Below the pieces are notes generated by a model that was not told the DNA's origin, made no database searches, and saw only the letters and a program-made list of their open reading frames with translations. Position numbers and translations under genes: made by a program. From a virus, in IMG/VR virus record IMGVR_UViG_3300025676_000013: a stretch of DNA of 64,000 bases; one strand, written 5' to 3'. Below, in pieces: positions 29,501 to 38,371 of the stretch (its first letter is position 1; each line of letters opens with the position of its first letter).

Positions 29501-30140
29501 TATTAGGACCCTCTTCAGCAAACGTAATATTACCTTCTGCATTGTAGAGATAATCAGTAAATCCGATTTCTCTAGTCATCGTGACTTCAGAAAGTAGAGT
29601 ATTCGTTTGATGGATAGAATATCCAGAATCGGCTGCGCCAGAAGTATATTGCGATAAGTTCGCAAGCATATCTGCTAGTGCTTGAGCAATAATAGAATCC
29701 TGATACGCAACGTGACCAGTATAATCAGTCGTTAATTGCGATAGGCTGTTTGTTAAATTCGTTTCAAGAGTATTAGCGTGATTTGATAGAACATTTCCTG
29801 CATCATTGGCCCAAGGGACGAATGTTGCATTGACGAATCCTTGAACCTCATCGTTCATATAGGTTTCTACAGCGTTCATAGCCGTATTTGTTCTAACAAC
29901 TACCTCATTCTTGAAGGTATTCTGTTGATTTTCTAAAGGAGTTGAGATATTATCATTCAACCAGTTCTTCATTGATGCGGCCATCGCATTCAACTTAGTC
30001 GGTATCATAACCGCTGGTGTATTTGTGTATATCTCTACTTCTTCGGTAAACGCCGTGACATCGACACTATCAAATGTAATATCTGGTATGTCATTGAACG
30101 GGTCAACCGCAGTAGTTATGCTTGATAGTGTTACGGACAT
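26556..30140 (-). CDS. Large virion structural/fibre protein (1194 aa) with His module, cupredoxin-like fold and GxGY repeats
   Basis: Repeated V.V...G.GY...P.I.I units; GHTHTVHL...GHTH...AHVH; IQNNAFVPSIISANVGDTLEFTNLDIQAHTIT; late promoter upstream. Confidence 0.7.
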   Translation of the reverse strand: MSVTLSSITTAVDPFNDIPDITFDSVDVTAFTEEVEIYTNTPAVMIPTKLNAMAASMKNWLNDNISTPLENQQNTFKNEVVVRTNTAMNAVETYMNDEVQGFVNATFVPWANDAGNVLSNHANTLETNLTNSLSQLTTDYTGHVAYQDSIIAQALADMLANLSQYTSGAADSGYSIHQTNTLLSEVTMTREIGFTDYLYNAEGNITFAEEGPNKTHHISYNPTSGAIVSFGESMQIVGEPRPFQHHLKLDIETATGSTSVTKIKAYDINKNTTVGGVTTFRATGHEINGDPAVDLTILNNTSIPDTDNPELILRRGADAALMFGGVDSGDYVKITDITGNTVYNNGVTGNFAEHYDTVLFKPFQSYCHDATSSVTGWGVTAMHNASDIDGSGGSYDTPTTCEEYFDPIVALLDDFTRSYEYNISGESYVKELSDGLIYKVFINDDSGFIDSYAYTVDANGKQGTGAILNAVYDDGVSDVVITNGGTKWSANTSVRAFDKGAVDVAGSVETKAVSSFTLKDGMVEEVKVETPGAGYTGYYEVAVAAVPGGDGHTHTVHLTQTEVNLIKSGTPVLSTTVDAGHTHDQTVSWNVFNQSFEFTATNGAHVHPREVTTHIVNPTITLTFTTSTGGLAAGYVTLKEDDSVDFVTITDGGADYVVADSVAITGGTPTVAAATSMSLVDGGIAGFAVSVAGTGYTDTTAKTVSVDIQNNAFVPSIISANVGDTLEFTNLDIQAHTITHAGGMFDSGDVPQNAVFTYVITKECEITDKYDLYDDNDTNIKATLWVRDNSVFVDINSPTGGGVRGLATVDAAGTIINIAVDRPGQGYTLTDIVNIVDVSGPGEGAYATVETNRSIASVGVANRGTGYSPETKIVVMDPTGTPQYDITGNMTGTLYGSGAIVRPVLTTEAVPGSCSDVAFSDEATCVAGSGTWTAPITIGEIVSITVVKPGSNYVDVEFTINDPLDTGSGAVLTQDLNNVVTDIVLTTRGTNYDEPMIVVSDAGGLVGSSTKSVGSGFVGSVSLNNGIGAGTIVEDWADYVPGETRVIVVDEHAEPTGYGAEGTVVLGLNGNVSSIEFTNPGTAYKTPVIIVAGPVLLQGASINNVNVDLALFGPEGNTNDSEFSANNTAGTNYKNGIMIQFENPNGHTLNDSWSFKTQSWTLGTPASLLYTSSRYDGNLENMRGIITLKDVWEV

Positions 30141-30174
30141 TGTATTTTATCTCCAAAATTGTATTCTTCTGATA

Positions 30175-30182
30175 TATTTATA
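30175..30182 (-). promoter_or_regulatory. Late promoter for the 1194-aa gene
   Basis: TATAAATA on the minus strand, 35 nt before the ATG; GGAG RBS. Confidence 0.8.
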
Positions 30183-30210
30183 AGAACTAAATTCATAATC
30201 ATATCGTATA

Positions 30211-33200
30211 TTATGGAATCACTAGAGAAGATACTTCTCTAAATTGAGTTCCGTCTGCGTTTTCAACTATTACATCATATGTTCCAGAAGCCAGTCCACC
30301 TTGGTCATCGACCATTGCCAGATTATTAACATCTGTGAACTGGTAACTTGGACTATTTGCCACTGGTCCTGTACCCGGAGTGCTAGTAAGTTCTACCCAC
30401 ACTACAGTACCATTTCCACCAGATACAAATCCTGCTCCAAGTATAAACCAATTAGACGGGTCTATCTCCGTGACCGATATGATTCTTAATGTATCTCTAA
30501 CATTGAATAAGGTTGGAGCAGTTGCGGTATCTCCATCAGTATTTGTAATTATAAACTCTTGGTCTCCAAGTGGAGTTAGAGGATTGATAACAAAATTAAC
30601 TTTAGTAGGCAACAAGACTGCTTGTGAAACCTGTTCGACTCCACCGAGTGTGATTGTCCATAATGGGTCAATACCATCACCAACTACTTCGACTGTATCT
30701 CCCGCCATTGCTGAGACTACTGTAGTATCCCAAGTTCCTCTTGGTGCAATACATTCTGCTTCAGTCGTGAAGTTAGCATCAGAACAATGTGCTGGAACTT
30801 CAGGAGTCCAAGTGCCTCTTGGTGCGATACAAGTTGCTTCAGTCGTATATGAAACGTCAGTACAAGTACCTGGGGTCCAAGTATTATTCGCTGAAGTCCA
30901 AGTATTATTCGCTGAAGTCCACGTACCTGCATTATTTTCACAAGATACTTGGTCATAGTAAGAACCGATAGAACAAGTTCCCTGAGCCAGACAGTTAGTT
31001 TCGTTATTGTTATATACTGGATTAGAACAAGTTCCTTCCATTATACAATCTGCTTCAGTATTATTTGCCGATGCTGAACAACTTCCTGCAGTCCAAGTTC
31101 CGAATGGTTCTACACAACCTGCTTCAGTAGTATAAATTCCATCAGAACAGAATTCTGTTGCGAGTCCCGTCCAAGCACCGTTTATTGTTTCACAATCTAC
31201 AGAGTTGTAGTATAATGGATTAGAACAAGATGGGGTTATTGCCGATACTGCTCTATTACCAAACTCAATACTCATAGTGGAAATCATAATTGGTGGATTA
31301 AGAATTTCATTAGAACGCTTGTTAACGTCATAGTAATCTTCAACTACAGATTCTCCGAATGATTCAAGAGTACGCATTCCAGCGATTGGCTGTCCAACGT
31401 AATCTGCATTCTTCATATCAAGATGGTTGTTTGCCCATCGCTCTTCTCCTCCGATTGGAACTCCGAAGACGTTCATTGAACGTGCTAACAATAGATACTC
31501 ATCAGATGAAAGATTAGGAACAGATTTTACTGAGATGTTATCCCAATAAGTGAATCCATTTCCAGTAGTTGAAAGAGTTAAGAATGCGTTACCCGTAACA
31601 GGTGCAGTAAAGATAAAGTCTTTAGAGCCGTCTGTGTCGTTCGCCGCAATCACCATACTTCCATACGCATCTGAATCAGGCGTAGGACCAATCTTAACGA
31701 TTGAATCAGTAGGTCTATCAATATCGAATGATACTTTATAATTCAATTTATCAGTAACTTCAAAACTAATATGTGCAATACCTCTTGCAGAAGTACCGAC
31801 ACCAGATGTATATATTTGTTGAGTATTTTGATTTACATAAGCCTCTGCACCTTGCTGAGGTGAGAATGTCCATTTCTCTTCGATTTCTCTAACAGAAACA
31901 TCATCAATACTTCCTTGAAATCCCGTATTAGTATAATAAGGACTATAATTTTCAGGTCGATTATTATCTACAGTAGATATGAAGTGAATTTTGCTATCCG
32001 CAGAACCCGCTCTAACGTGATGTGTACGTTGTCCGCTTGGAACAAGTCCAGTTGTATCAGCATCAAGAACTGGGATATCTTCTTCGTGTAATGATACAGA
32101 ATTGATTAATCCAGTTCCATTCATTCGTAGAACAAACTGGTCACTGGCTTCACCTATCAAATCGAGATGATGAATACCAGATGTAGTAATCGTTTTCTGA
32201 AGAACTCCGCCAATCAAGATTTCAATTGATGGGTTATTAGCAGATGTTCCAATCAATGCTAGTGTCTCGTGTCCTTCAGGAATAGTTTGACTAACTAGAA
32301 TATAACTTCCAGTATCATAACTAATAGTGAATTCGTGAGTATATGTATCAGCGTGATAGGCATCAGTCTGAGGGAATGTTCTTGTGCGAGTTGCATCAGC
32401 CATCAACCAATCAGCATCAACCTGTGTAATCTGGAATTGATGTGAGTGACTTCCGTTAGGACCAGGCCCAACTTGGAAAGTAAGAATATTATGTGTCTCA
32501 AGAACACAATCTAATGTAGTCTCGTAACTAGAGTTTTTGACTAAATTATTCTCTAGAGTATATGTCATTGTTCCATTTACAGAAGAGTTAAAGTTCATCA
32601 CTGCATTAGTAATTGAAACATCAACACCCGAAGCAGTCCAATTGATTTGAAGTGGGTCTACTATATCAAGATTCCAGTTAGCAATCTTATGAGTAGTATC
32701 ACTACCAAGAGCAACTCTTAATCGCCCAGTCATTCCATTATCACTTGGGTCCATATCTGCTAAGGTATACTTAACTTCATATAGTTTGCCAGGAGTAAAT
32801 ACTACTGTCTGATTAATCTCAGTATCAGATAAAATAGTTCCGTCAAGATACGCTTTACCGTTGATTGACTGCCATCCTTCACCCATATACCAAGCATTCT
32901 GTCCAGTAACACGTTCTCTGATTGATATATTATCAATCTTACCTATTCCCGTGTTAGACAATCTCAGTATTGCAGTATTATTAGGAGCGACTACAGTTTC
33001 AGAATAATGTCCTACTAGTGTATTTGCAGTTCCGACAATCGTTGTATCGCCCATCAAGGATGCTGTAAGTGTTCCATTCTCTGCGCCGAATACATCTTTA
33101 AACGACTCAATAATATCATATTGAATTTCGTAAGTGATTCCGTCTTGAACTGTTCCAGTAACAAGTTGTTCGATATGAGCGGCAGTGCCATCAGTTGTAT

Positions 33201-36200
33201 GTGCAGTACCACCGTTTACTTCCCAAGAACCTGTCTCTGTCCAAACAACTTCTTTGAATGAAACATTGTCGAGTAGAATATTTGAACGCTGATTAATATC
33301 AACACTCATATAAACTTTAGCAAGTCCCTCGTGGTTATTTGTTACAAGGAATTGCTCTGAATTAGCACCTTTTATCATTGTAACTGGGTCAATATATTGG
33401 ATAGTACCAAGTTCAATATTCATTGCTTGAATCTTAGGTAGTGCTCCAAGTCCAGTTGCTGTTACTAGATTTCCAAGTTGTAACAAGTCTGCTTGAGTTC
33501 CCGCTACTGGGAACGCATTTGCAGGTTCTGGTTGTACTTGGAAGTAATCATTTCCTGTTCCGTTGTCTATTTGAATTTTATCTTTAATGTGTAATGGAGT
33601 GTACATATTTTCTTGACCGTGATGATAATAAACTACGATATCATCTCCAGCATTAACTACTGGAATGTCAATAATATTGAATGTACCAACCATAGATGCG
33701 TGCCAACCACACTGATAATACAGTGTGTCTGGTGCAACTGAAGGTACAGTAAATTCTACAATCTCATACTTAGGAACTCCTGCGGCATCTAGTCCGAATT
33801 TAGAACCTGGGTCAGTTTGAACCCCTGCTCCTTCTTCTCCTCTAGAACCCGTGACACCCAATAGATACTCACCGAAGTAAGCGCCTGGGGTAAAGTGACT
33901 TCCGTCATCAGTAGTTATATAGAATGGATGACCAGGTGCGTTGACTCTAAATCTATAAGTAGCACCTCTGTATAAGTTAAGAGTTCTGTTTGTTCCCTCA
34001 ATCATTCCTTCTTTATCAAATTTGTATAGTCCGCCATCATCTTCTACTGCGTAGTAGAGATTAGTTTCTCCTGGCGGTACGAATGGCCCAAATCCAGATA
34101 CTCCATCAGCACCTGTTAGACCGAAATCTTCTGGGATTTTCCAAGTAAATTCTTTCGAGAAGTTACCAATCCATTGTGACACTCTCCATTGTGCTAGTCC
34201 AACATCTTCATTTGGATTTAATGCGGTACATACTGAGTAGTCATCGACTCCATTGTAATACCAACCAGTTACATCTAGTTCTTCACACCATCCACTCAAT
34301 CCCATACAAACTGGGAATGGTTGGTCTGAAACCCAAGTTCCTGGGTTATCCTCAAGAGATACAAAGTCGTTTAGAGCCCCAGTTTCAATGGTTAATCCGT
34401 GACTTGCGTTTTTATTAACACAATGATAGCCCTCATTTGGTTCGCCTAAGCCTCGTGTCATACCCGCTTGAACTAGGTTATCCCAGCCTCCACCAGGTAT
34501 TGCTTTAATACCAGCGGCGTGCATATACATATCTTGCATTACACCAGTGAATGGGTCAGGAGCAGTAACGTGTCCTGAAGAACTCCAAGCATTATTTACA
34601 AATGTATATTTACCACCACGGAATAAGTCGAATCCTCCTGCTGTTCCTTCGTTACCACCGAATGCTTCGTGTTCTGCAATGTCTCTTTGATAAGGATAGT
34701 AAGAGATGTTTGACATATCGTGCCAAGACCAGAACCAAGGAGAATCTTGTGCTCCTTCAACTGTAGTCTGGCCAGGGTCAGCGGCTGTAATAGTAGATTG
34801 TGTATCGACAATAATTTCAAATCCGTCTGTGGGTCCGTAACCATCGCCAAGTGCAACAACTGTATGGTTCATCATTGCGCCAGGTAATTCAGTAGGCGTA
34901 TATGGTTGTGGTCCAGATGGTAACTGAACAACATCACCAACTGATAATGCGTGATTGACTGATTTAACAGTTCTTGGTCGAGACCATAGAACTTCTACAC
35001 CAGAGATGAACGGGTCACCAACGTGGTTAGTTAAATCTCGTTCAACTTCGTATCTAAAGGATGCCATATCAGCAACAACTTCATAACTCTCAATAACATT
35101 GAAGAAAGTTGGAGTAGTTCCTGGCGCATTCTCTAGAGGATAAATTACTGTTTCAGTTAATGCAAAGTGGTCCCAATCGATAACATAGTCAACAAAGTAA
35201 TTTGTATTACCGTGATGAATTCCGTTATATACGTTAGTATAGTGTATCTTGTCGCCTGCTTTAAGTTGGTGTCCGTCTGATTCAATACCACGTTCTTTCT
35301 TAACATATCCTGCGATATCTGTGAAAGGCGTTGCGATTGTAGAAGGATTCAAATCATCGCCACCTAAAGCGAAATCATATTTTCCAACTGTGAATTGACT
35401 TGACCCAGGATAGTATACTCTATCAAAATCGTGAATATGTTGGTCAATCGAAATAATTAAATATGTGTCATTTGCAGGGTCGATACATCCAAATTCTACT
35501 GTATGGAAATGCTGTGGGTCAGAAGTTCCGTAATTGGAAGTTCCAATCTTAGTTGCTCCGCCCGTATGACTCCAAGTTCCATCAGTGTCTTGTGTGACTC
35601 CAGTTAATGGACTTGCTTTTAGTGTCGCTTCGTCTGTTATGTCAAGGAGCAATTGATGATAATGACCAAAGTTAGTCAATTCAATATTAGTTCCGCCTTC
35701 GATAACATAGTATTCAGACATACCGTGAGTATGTGAGCCAGTCATTCCAACTATATACATTCCACCAGCACCATTGTTTAGTGCAGGGTCCCAGTTATAT
35801 GTAACAGAGTGAGCGTGAGGAGAGTTATCTCCAGAGCCAGTTCCGTCTGTCGTTGACATTGAAATTACGTTTGTGCCTGTTTGAATAGTAGCGTATTCGG
35901 CAGTTGTGAGTTCACCAGTGTGTATGTGTCCGATAACATTAACGTCATCAAAGAATACATCGACTCGTGCATCACCTTTTTGTACTGCGGTGATAATATA
36001 ATCTTCCCATTTACGCTCTCCAACTCCAACTACTGCTCCGCCACCCGTTGTGCTTCCGCCTGAACCATAACCAGTACCGCCTTGTTCTAGAGTAAGTGAA
36101 GTAATACTACCATCAACTGAGCCTGTTGCTAAAGCATTGACTGTTGGTGAACCACCAACAAATGTAACAGCAGGTGGGCCAGTATATTCAGAACCCGCAT

Positions 36201-37923
36201 TCGTTATTGTTACTGTATCAACAAATCCAGTAGCATCAATCGTACAAGTCGCTTCGGCTTGAATCGCAGTTCCACCATCAGCAACTAATACTCCGAATGG
36301 AGCAGAAATAGATATAGTAGGAACAGATTGATAACCAGTTCCAGGTTCGTCTATAACAATACCCGTGACTGAAGCATCAAATCCTATAGTGCCAGTTGCA
36401 CCAGCACCACCTCCGCCAGAGATATACATTGTCGGGATGTTTGTGTATTGAGAACCACCACTATTTAATGTCAATGCTGTTACTACACCACCAACAACTG
36501 TCGCATCTGCCGAAGCATTTACTGTATTAGAATCATTACCACCTTGGAAGGTGATAACAACTGGAACAGTAGCATTCGGGTCAGTTTCAACGTCACCAGA
36601 CTGAAATGATACTAAGTCAGTAAGTGAAAGGTCGTGATAAAGTGATTCTACTACGTTTTGTGAGCCTGCTCCACCAATTGAGGTACAGAGTTGAGGCATT
36701 ATCTGGCTAATATTATAAGAATTAGATAGTGCAGGTAAGGCTACATTAGCGCCATAGTTAATAGGAATCTTGATTGTATCGCCGGGGTTTAGTCCGTGAT
36801 TCAATGAATAAACAAATCTGTGGTTAGTCGTACTGGACAATCTTCCTTCTTCGAGCGGGTGAAAAGTACAGTGAAAATATAAATCGTGATATCCATCTAC
36901 TACCCAAGCCCACTGTTCACCAGGTGAAAGGTCAGGAGAAGCAAAGGATATATTATCATCAGAAACAGCATTGTGAACCAATATGTTTGTATCTGGATTA
37001 TTAAATATGATTGTGTCGCCTTCTCTCGCTTCGAGATGGTAAGGGACAAGAATATGTGTTTGTGTGTTCGGGTCGTTAATTGCGCCTTCGAACCAGTGAC
37101 CGCCTGTACTTGTACAAGCAGTTTCCATTGCGACAATTGAAGTCAGATATTCTGGTGTGATTACTGTCCAAGTCTCGCCAACACCTTCACAAGTTGCTTG
37201 GTCAGAGATTGAAGGATTATTAGAACAACTGCTACAAGTAGGACGAACTAGAAGTTCGTCTTCTATTACAGAAGCAACAAATGTTCTTGGGGCTGGTCCA
37301 CCACCAACTTCTGAGAAAGTCGCTGTATCAGGAGCAAGCATATCGACCATATTTTTAGCACCTGAAATAAGGTCCCAGTTAACATCATTAACTGTAAGGT
37401 CGTATGAAAATTTGTATTGAGTATTTGGTTTAAGATTTGCTTCAAACCAAGCAAGAGCAACCTGTTGACCATCGGTGTAAGCATCAACAATCTGAGTTCC
37501 CTCAGTAAAGAACCTGTCGAATTGGTATGCAATACCATTCGCCCAAGGACTTGCTACGTTAATTGGTTCATCAAAACCACTATTCTTGAGCAATTCAACT
37601 TCAAACGCATCTGCGGCAAAAGAACTATTTTGAACAAGGTTAGAGGATTCATATGTTATATCGAGACCACCATTCTCAATCATTTCTGTTGGTGATACGA
37701 ATTGTTGTGAACGGCCTGCGACATTAATTAGAAAATCTTTATATTCTGGCAAATGTTCTAGGTTTTCCATTACCTCTAAAGACTTCAGCATAAGAGCCAA
37801 ATCCTTAACAAGAAGGTCAGGAGCATCCAATTTAATGTTCAAAGAGTCCAAGAAGGAACTCTTCTGTTGCTCTATAGTGTTTAATTCTAATAGACTGAAT
37901 TTGTGACCTGTATAATGTGCCAT
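30211..37923 (-). CDS. Giant multidomain virion protein (2570 aa): CBM-like repeats, two cupredoxins, His modules, Cys-module array, IPT/TIG-like C-terminus
   Basis: YFHCTFHPLEEG; GHPF...LYYQCGWHASMVG; repeats ending D[ND][VI]S[FIV][KR]E; C-x10-C-x6-W array; AGDTVEVVGDG...FIITNTDG. Confidence 0.75.
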   Translation of the reverse strand: MAHYTGHKFSLLELNTIEQQKSSFLDSLNIKLDAPDLLVKDLALMLKSLEVMENLEHLPEYKDFLINVAGRSQQFVSPTEMIENGGLDITYESSNLVQNSSFAADAFEVELLKNSGFDEPINVASPWANGIAYQFDRFFTEGTQIVDAYTDGQQVALAWFEANLKPNTQYKFSYDLTVNDVNWDLISGAKNMVDMLAPDTATFSEVGGGPAPRTFVASVIEDELLVRPTCSSCSNNPSISDQATCEGVGETWTVITPEYLTSIVAMETACTSTGGHWFEGAINDPNTQTHILVPYHLEAREGDTIIFNNPDTNILVHNAVSDDNISFASPDLSPGEQWAWVVDGYHDLYFHCTFHPLEEGRLSSTTNHRFVYSLNHGLNPGDTIKIPINYGANVALPALSNSYNISQIMPQLCTSIGGAGSQNVVESLYHDLSLTDLVSFQSGDVETDPNATVPVVITFQGGNDSNTVNASADATVVGGVVTALTLNSGGSQYTNIPTMYISGGGGAGATGTIGFDASVTGIVIDEPGTGYQSVPTISISAPFGVLVADGGTAIQAEATCTIDATGFVDTVTITNAGSEYTGPPAVTFVGGSPTVNALATGSVDGSITSLTLEQGGTGYGSGGSTTGGGAVVGVGERKWEDYIITAVQKGDARVDVFFDDVNVIGHIHTGELTTAEYATIQTGTNVISMSTTDGTGSGDNSPHAHSVTYNWDPALNNGAGGMYIVGMTGSHTHGMSEYYVIEGGTNIELTNFGHYHQLLLDITDEATLKASPLTGVTQDTDGTWSHTGGATKIGTSNYGTSDPQHFHTVEFGCIDPANDTYLIISIDQHIHDFDRVYYPGSSQFTVGKYDFALGGDDLNPSTIATPFTDIAGYVKKERGIESDGHQLKAGDKIHYTNVYNGIHHGNTNYFVDYVIDWDHFALTETVIYPLENAPGTTPTFFNVIESYEVVADMASFRYEVERDLTNHVGDPFISGVEVLWSRPRTVKSVNHALSVGDVVQLPSGPQPYTPTELPGAMMNHTVVALGDGYGPTDGFEIIVDTQSTITAADPGQTTVEGAQDSPWFWSWHDMSNISYYPYQRDIAEHEAFGGNEGTAGGFDLFRGGKYTFVNNAWSSSGHVTAPDPFTGVMQDMYMHAAGIKAIPGGGWDNLVQAGMTRGLGEPNEGYHCVNKNASHGLTIETGALNDFVSLEDNPGTWVSDQPFPVCMGLSGWCEELDVTGWYYNGVDDYSVCTALNPNEDVGLAQWRVSQWIGNFSKEFTWKIPEDFGLTGADGVSGFGPFVPPGETNLYYAVEDDGGLYKFDKEGMIEGTNRTLNLYRGATYRFRVNAPGHPFYITTDDGSHFTPGAYFGEYLLGVTGSRGEEGAGVQTDPGSKFGLDAAGVPKYEIVEFTVPSVAPDTLYYQCGWHASMVGTFNIIDIPVVNAGDDIVVYYHHGQENMYTPLHIKDKIQIDNGTGNDYFQVQPEPANAFPVAGTQADLLQLGNLVTATGLGALPKIQAMNIELGTIQYIDPVTMIKGANSEQFLVTNNHEGLAKVYMSVDINQRSNILLDNVSFKEVVWTETGSWEVNGGTAHTTDGTAAHIEQLVTGTVQDGITYEIQYDIIESFKDVFGAENGTLTASLMGDTTIVGTANTLVGHYSETVVAPNNTAILRLSNTGIGKIDNISIRERVTGQNAWYMGEGWQSINGKAYLDGTILSDTEINQTVVFTPGKLYEVKYTLADMDPSDNGMTGRLRVALGSDTTHKIANWNLDIVDPLQINWTASGVDVSITNAVMNFNSSVNGTMTYTLENNLVKNSSYETTLDCVLETHNILTFQVGPGPNGSHSHQFQITQVDADWLMADATRTRTFPQTDAYHADTYTHEFTISYDTGSYILVSQTIPEGHETLALIGTSANNPSIEILIGGVLQKTITTSGIHHLDLIGEASDQFVLRMNGTGLINSVSLHEEDIPVLDADTTGLVPSGQRTHHVRAGSADSKIHFISTVDNNRPENYSPYYTNTGFQGSIDDVSVREIEEKWTFSPQQGAEAYVNQNTQQIYTSGVGTSARGIAHISFEVTDKLNYKVSFDIDRPTDSIVKIGPTPDSDAYGSMVIAANDTDGSKDFIFTAPVTGNAFLTLSTTGNGFTYWDNISVKSVPNLSSDEYLLLARSMNVFGVPIGGEERWANNHLDMKNADYVGQPIAGMRTLESFGESVVEDYYDVNKRSNEILNPPIMISTMSIEFGNRAVSAITPSCSNPLYYNSVDCETINGAWTGLATEFCSDGIYTTEAGCVEPFGTWTAGSCSASANNTEADCIMEGTCSNPVYNNNETNCLAQGTCSIGSYYDQVSCENNAGTWTSANNTWTSANNTWTPGTCTDVSYTTEATCIAPRGTWTPEVPAHCSDANFTTEAECIAPRGTWDTTVVSAMAGDTVEVVGDGIDPLWTITLGGVEQVSQAVLLPTKVNFVINPLTPLGDQEFIITNTDGDTATAPTLFNVRDTLRIISVTEIDPSNWFILGAGFVSGGNGTVVWVELTSTPGTGPVANSPSYQFTDVNNLAMVDDQGGLASGTYDVIVENADGTQFREVSSLVIP
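30875..30921. repeat. Exact 21-nt tandem repeat (about 2.2 copies) encoding WTSANNT
   Basis: GTCCAAGTATTATTCGCTGAA twice, followed by GTCCA. Confidence 0.9.
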
Positions 37924-37944
37924 TTTTATATTATTTCCTATAAA

Positions 37945-38142
37945 TTATTCGGACGCTAGTTCGCTGGTGTAGTTCAACTGCATAGAGGTGGTAACATACG
38001 GGTCACTAACTCCTAACATTTCAAATTCTTGCATCCTAACAAAATTATTTTGCTGTTGAATCATTATGTTGGTACGTTCACGCCACGTTTTGAAGGTTTC
38101 ATCCTTTCTTACGTACGGTATAGTTGTGGTTCCAGTTGCCAT
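37945..38142 (-). CDS. Small conserved-type structural hypothetical protein
   Basis: 65 aa; ETFKTWRERTN motif typical of N-termini of T4-like tail-associated proteins; tight operon spacing. Confidence 0.6.
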   Translation of the reverse strand: MATGTTTIPYVRKDETFKTWRERTNIMIQQQNNFVRMQEFEMLGVSDPYVTTSMQLNYTSELASE

Positions 38143-38148
38143 AAAGTC

Positions 38149-38361
38149 TTAATCCCCTCGGTTTTCAATCAAATCGTACACAAGTTTTTTTAGTCCCTTT
38201 ATTTCGCTTCTCATACTATTTATAACTCTTCGAGAATCCGTTTGAACTTGTTGTGCTTCTTTCTGCTTTTTGATTGCAATTTTGCGTTGTTTATATGCTC
38301 CAGAGTCAGTAAATATGACTGCGCCAGTTCTTGGGTCTTTTGTATATGTTGGTTCCGCCAT
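38149..38361 (-). CDS. Small hypothetical protein
   Basis: 70 aa; YTKDPRTGAVIFTD followed by a coiled coil; GGAG RBS. Confidence 0.65.
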   Translation of the reverse strand: MAEPTYTKDPRTGAVIFTDSGAYKQRKIAIKKQKEAQQVQTDSRRVINSMRSEIKGLKKLVYDLIENRGD

Positions 38362-38371
38362 AATCTATCTC

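Noticed and set aside
30875-30921. CRISPR-like repeat
   Set aside because: The 21-nt copies are adjacent, have no spacers and are in frame within a CDS.
30380-30958. 192-aa plus-strand ORF with repeats
   Set aside because: Mirror of the Cys-module array on the coding strand.
23793-31227. Diversity-generating retroelement template/variable repeats
   Set aside because: No reverse transcriptase in the window; the repeats are exact or differ at non-adenine positions and lie at 5' ends.
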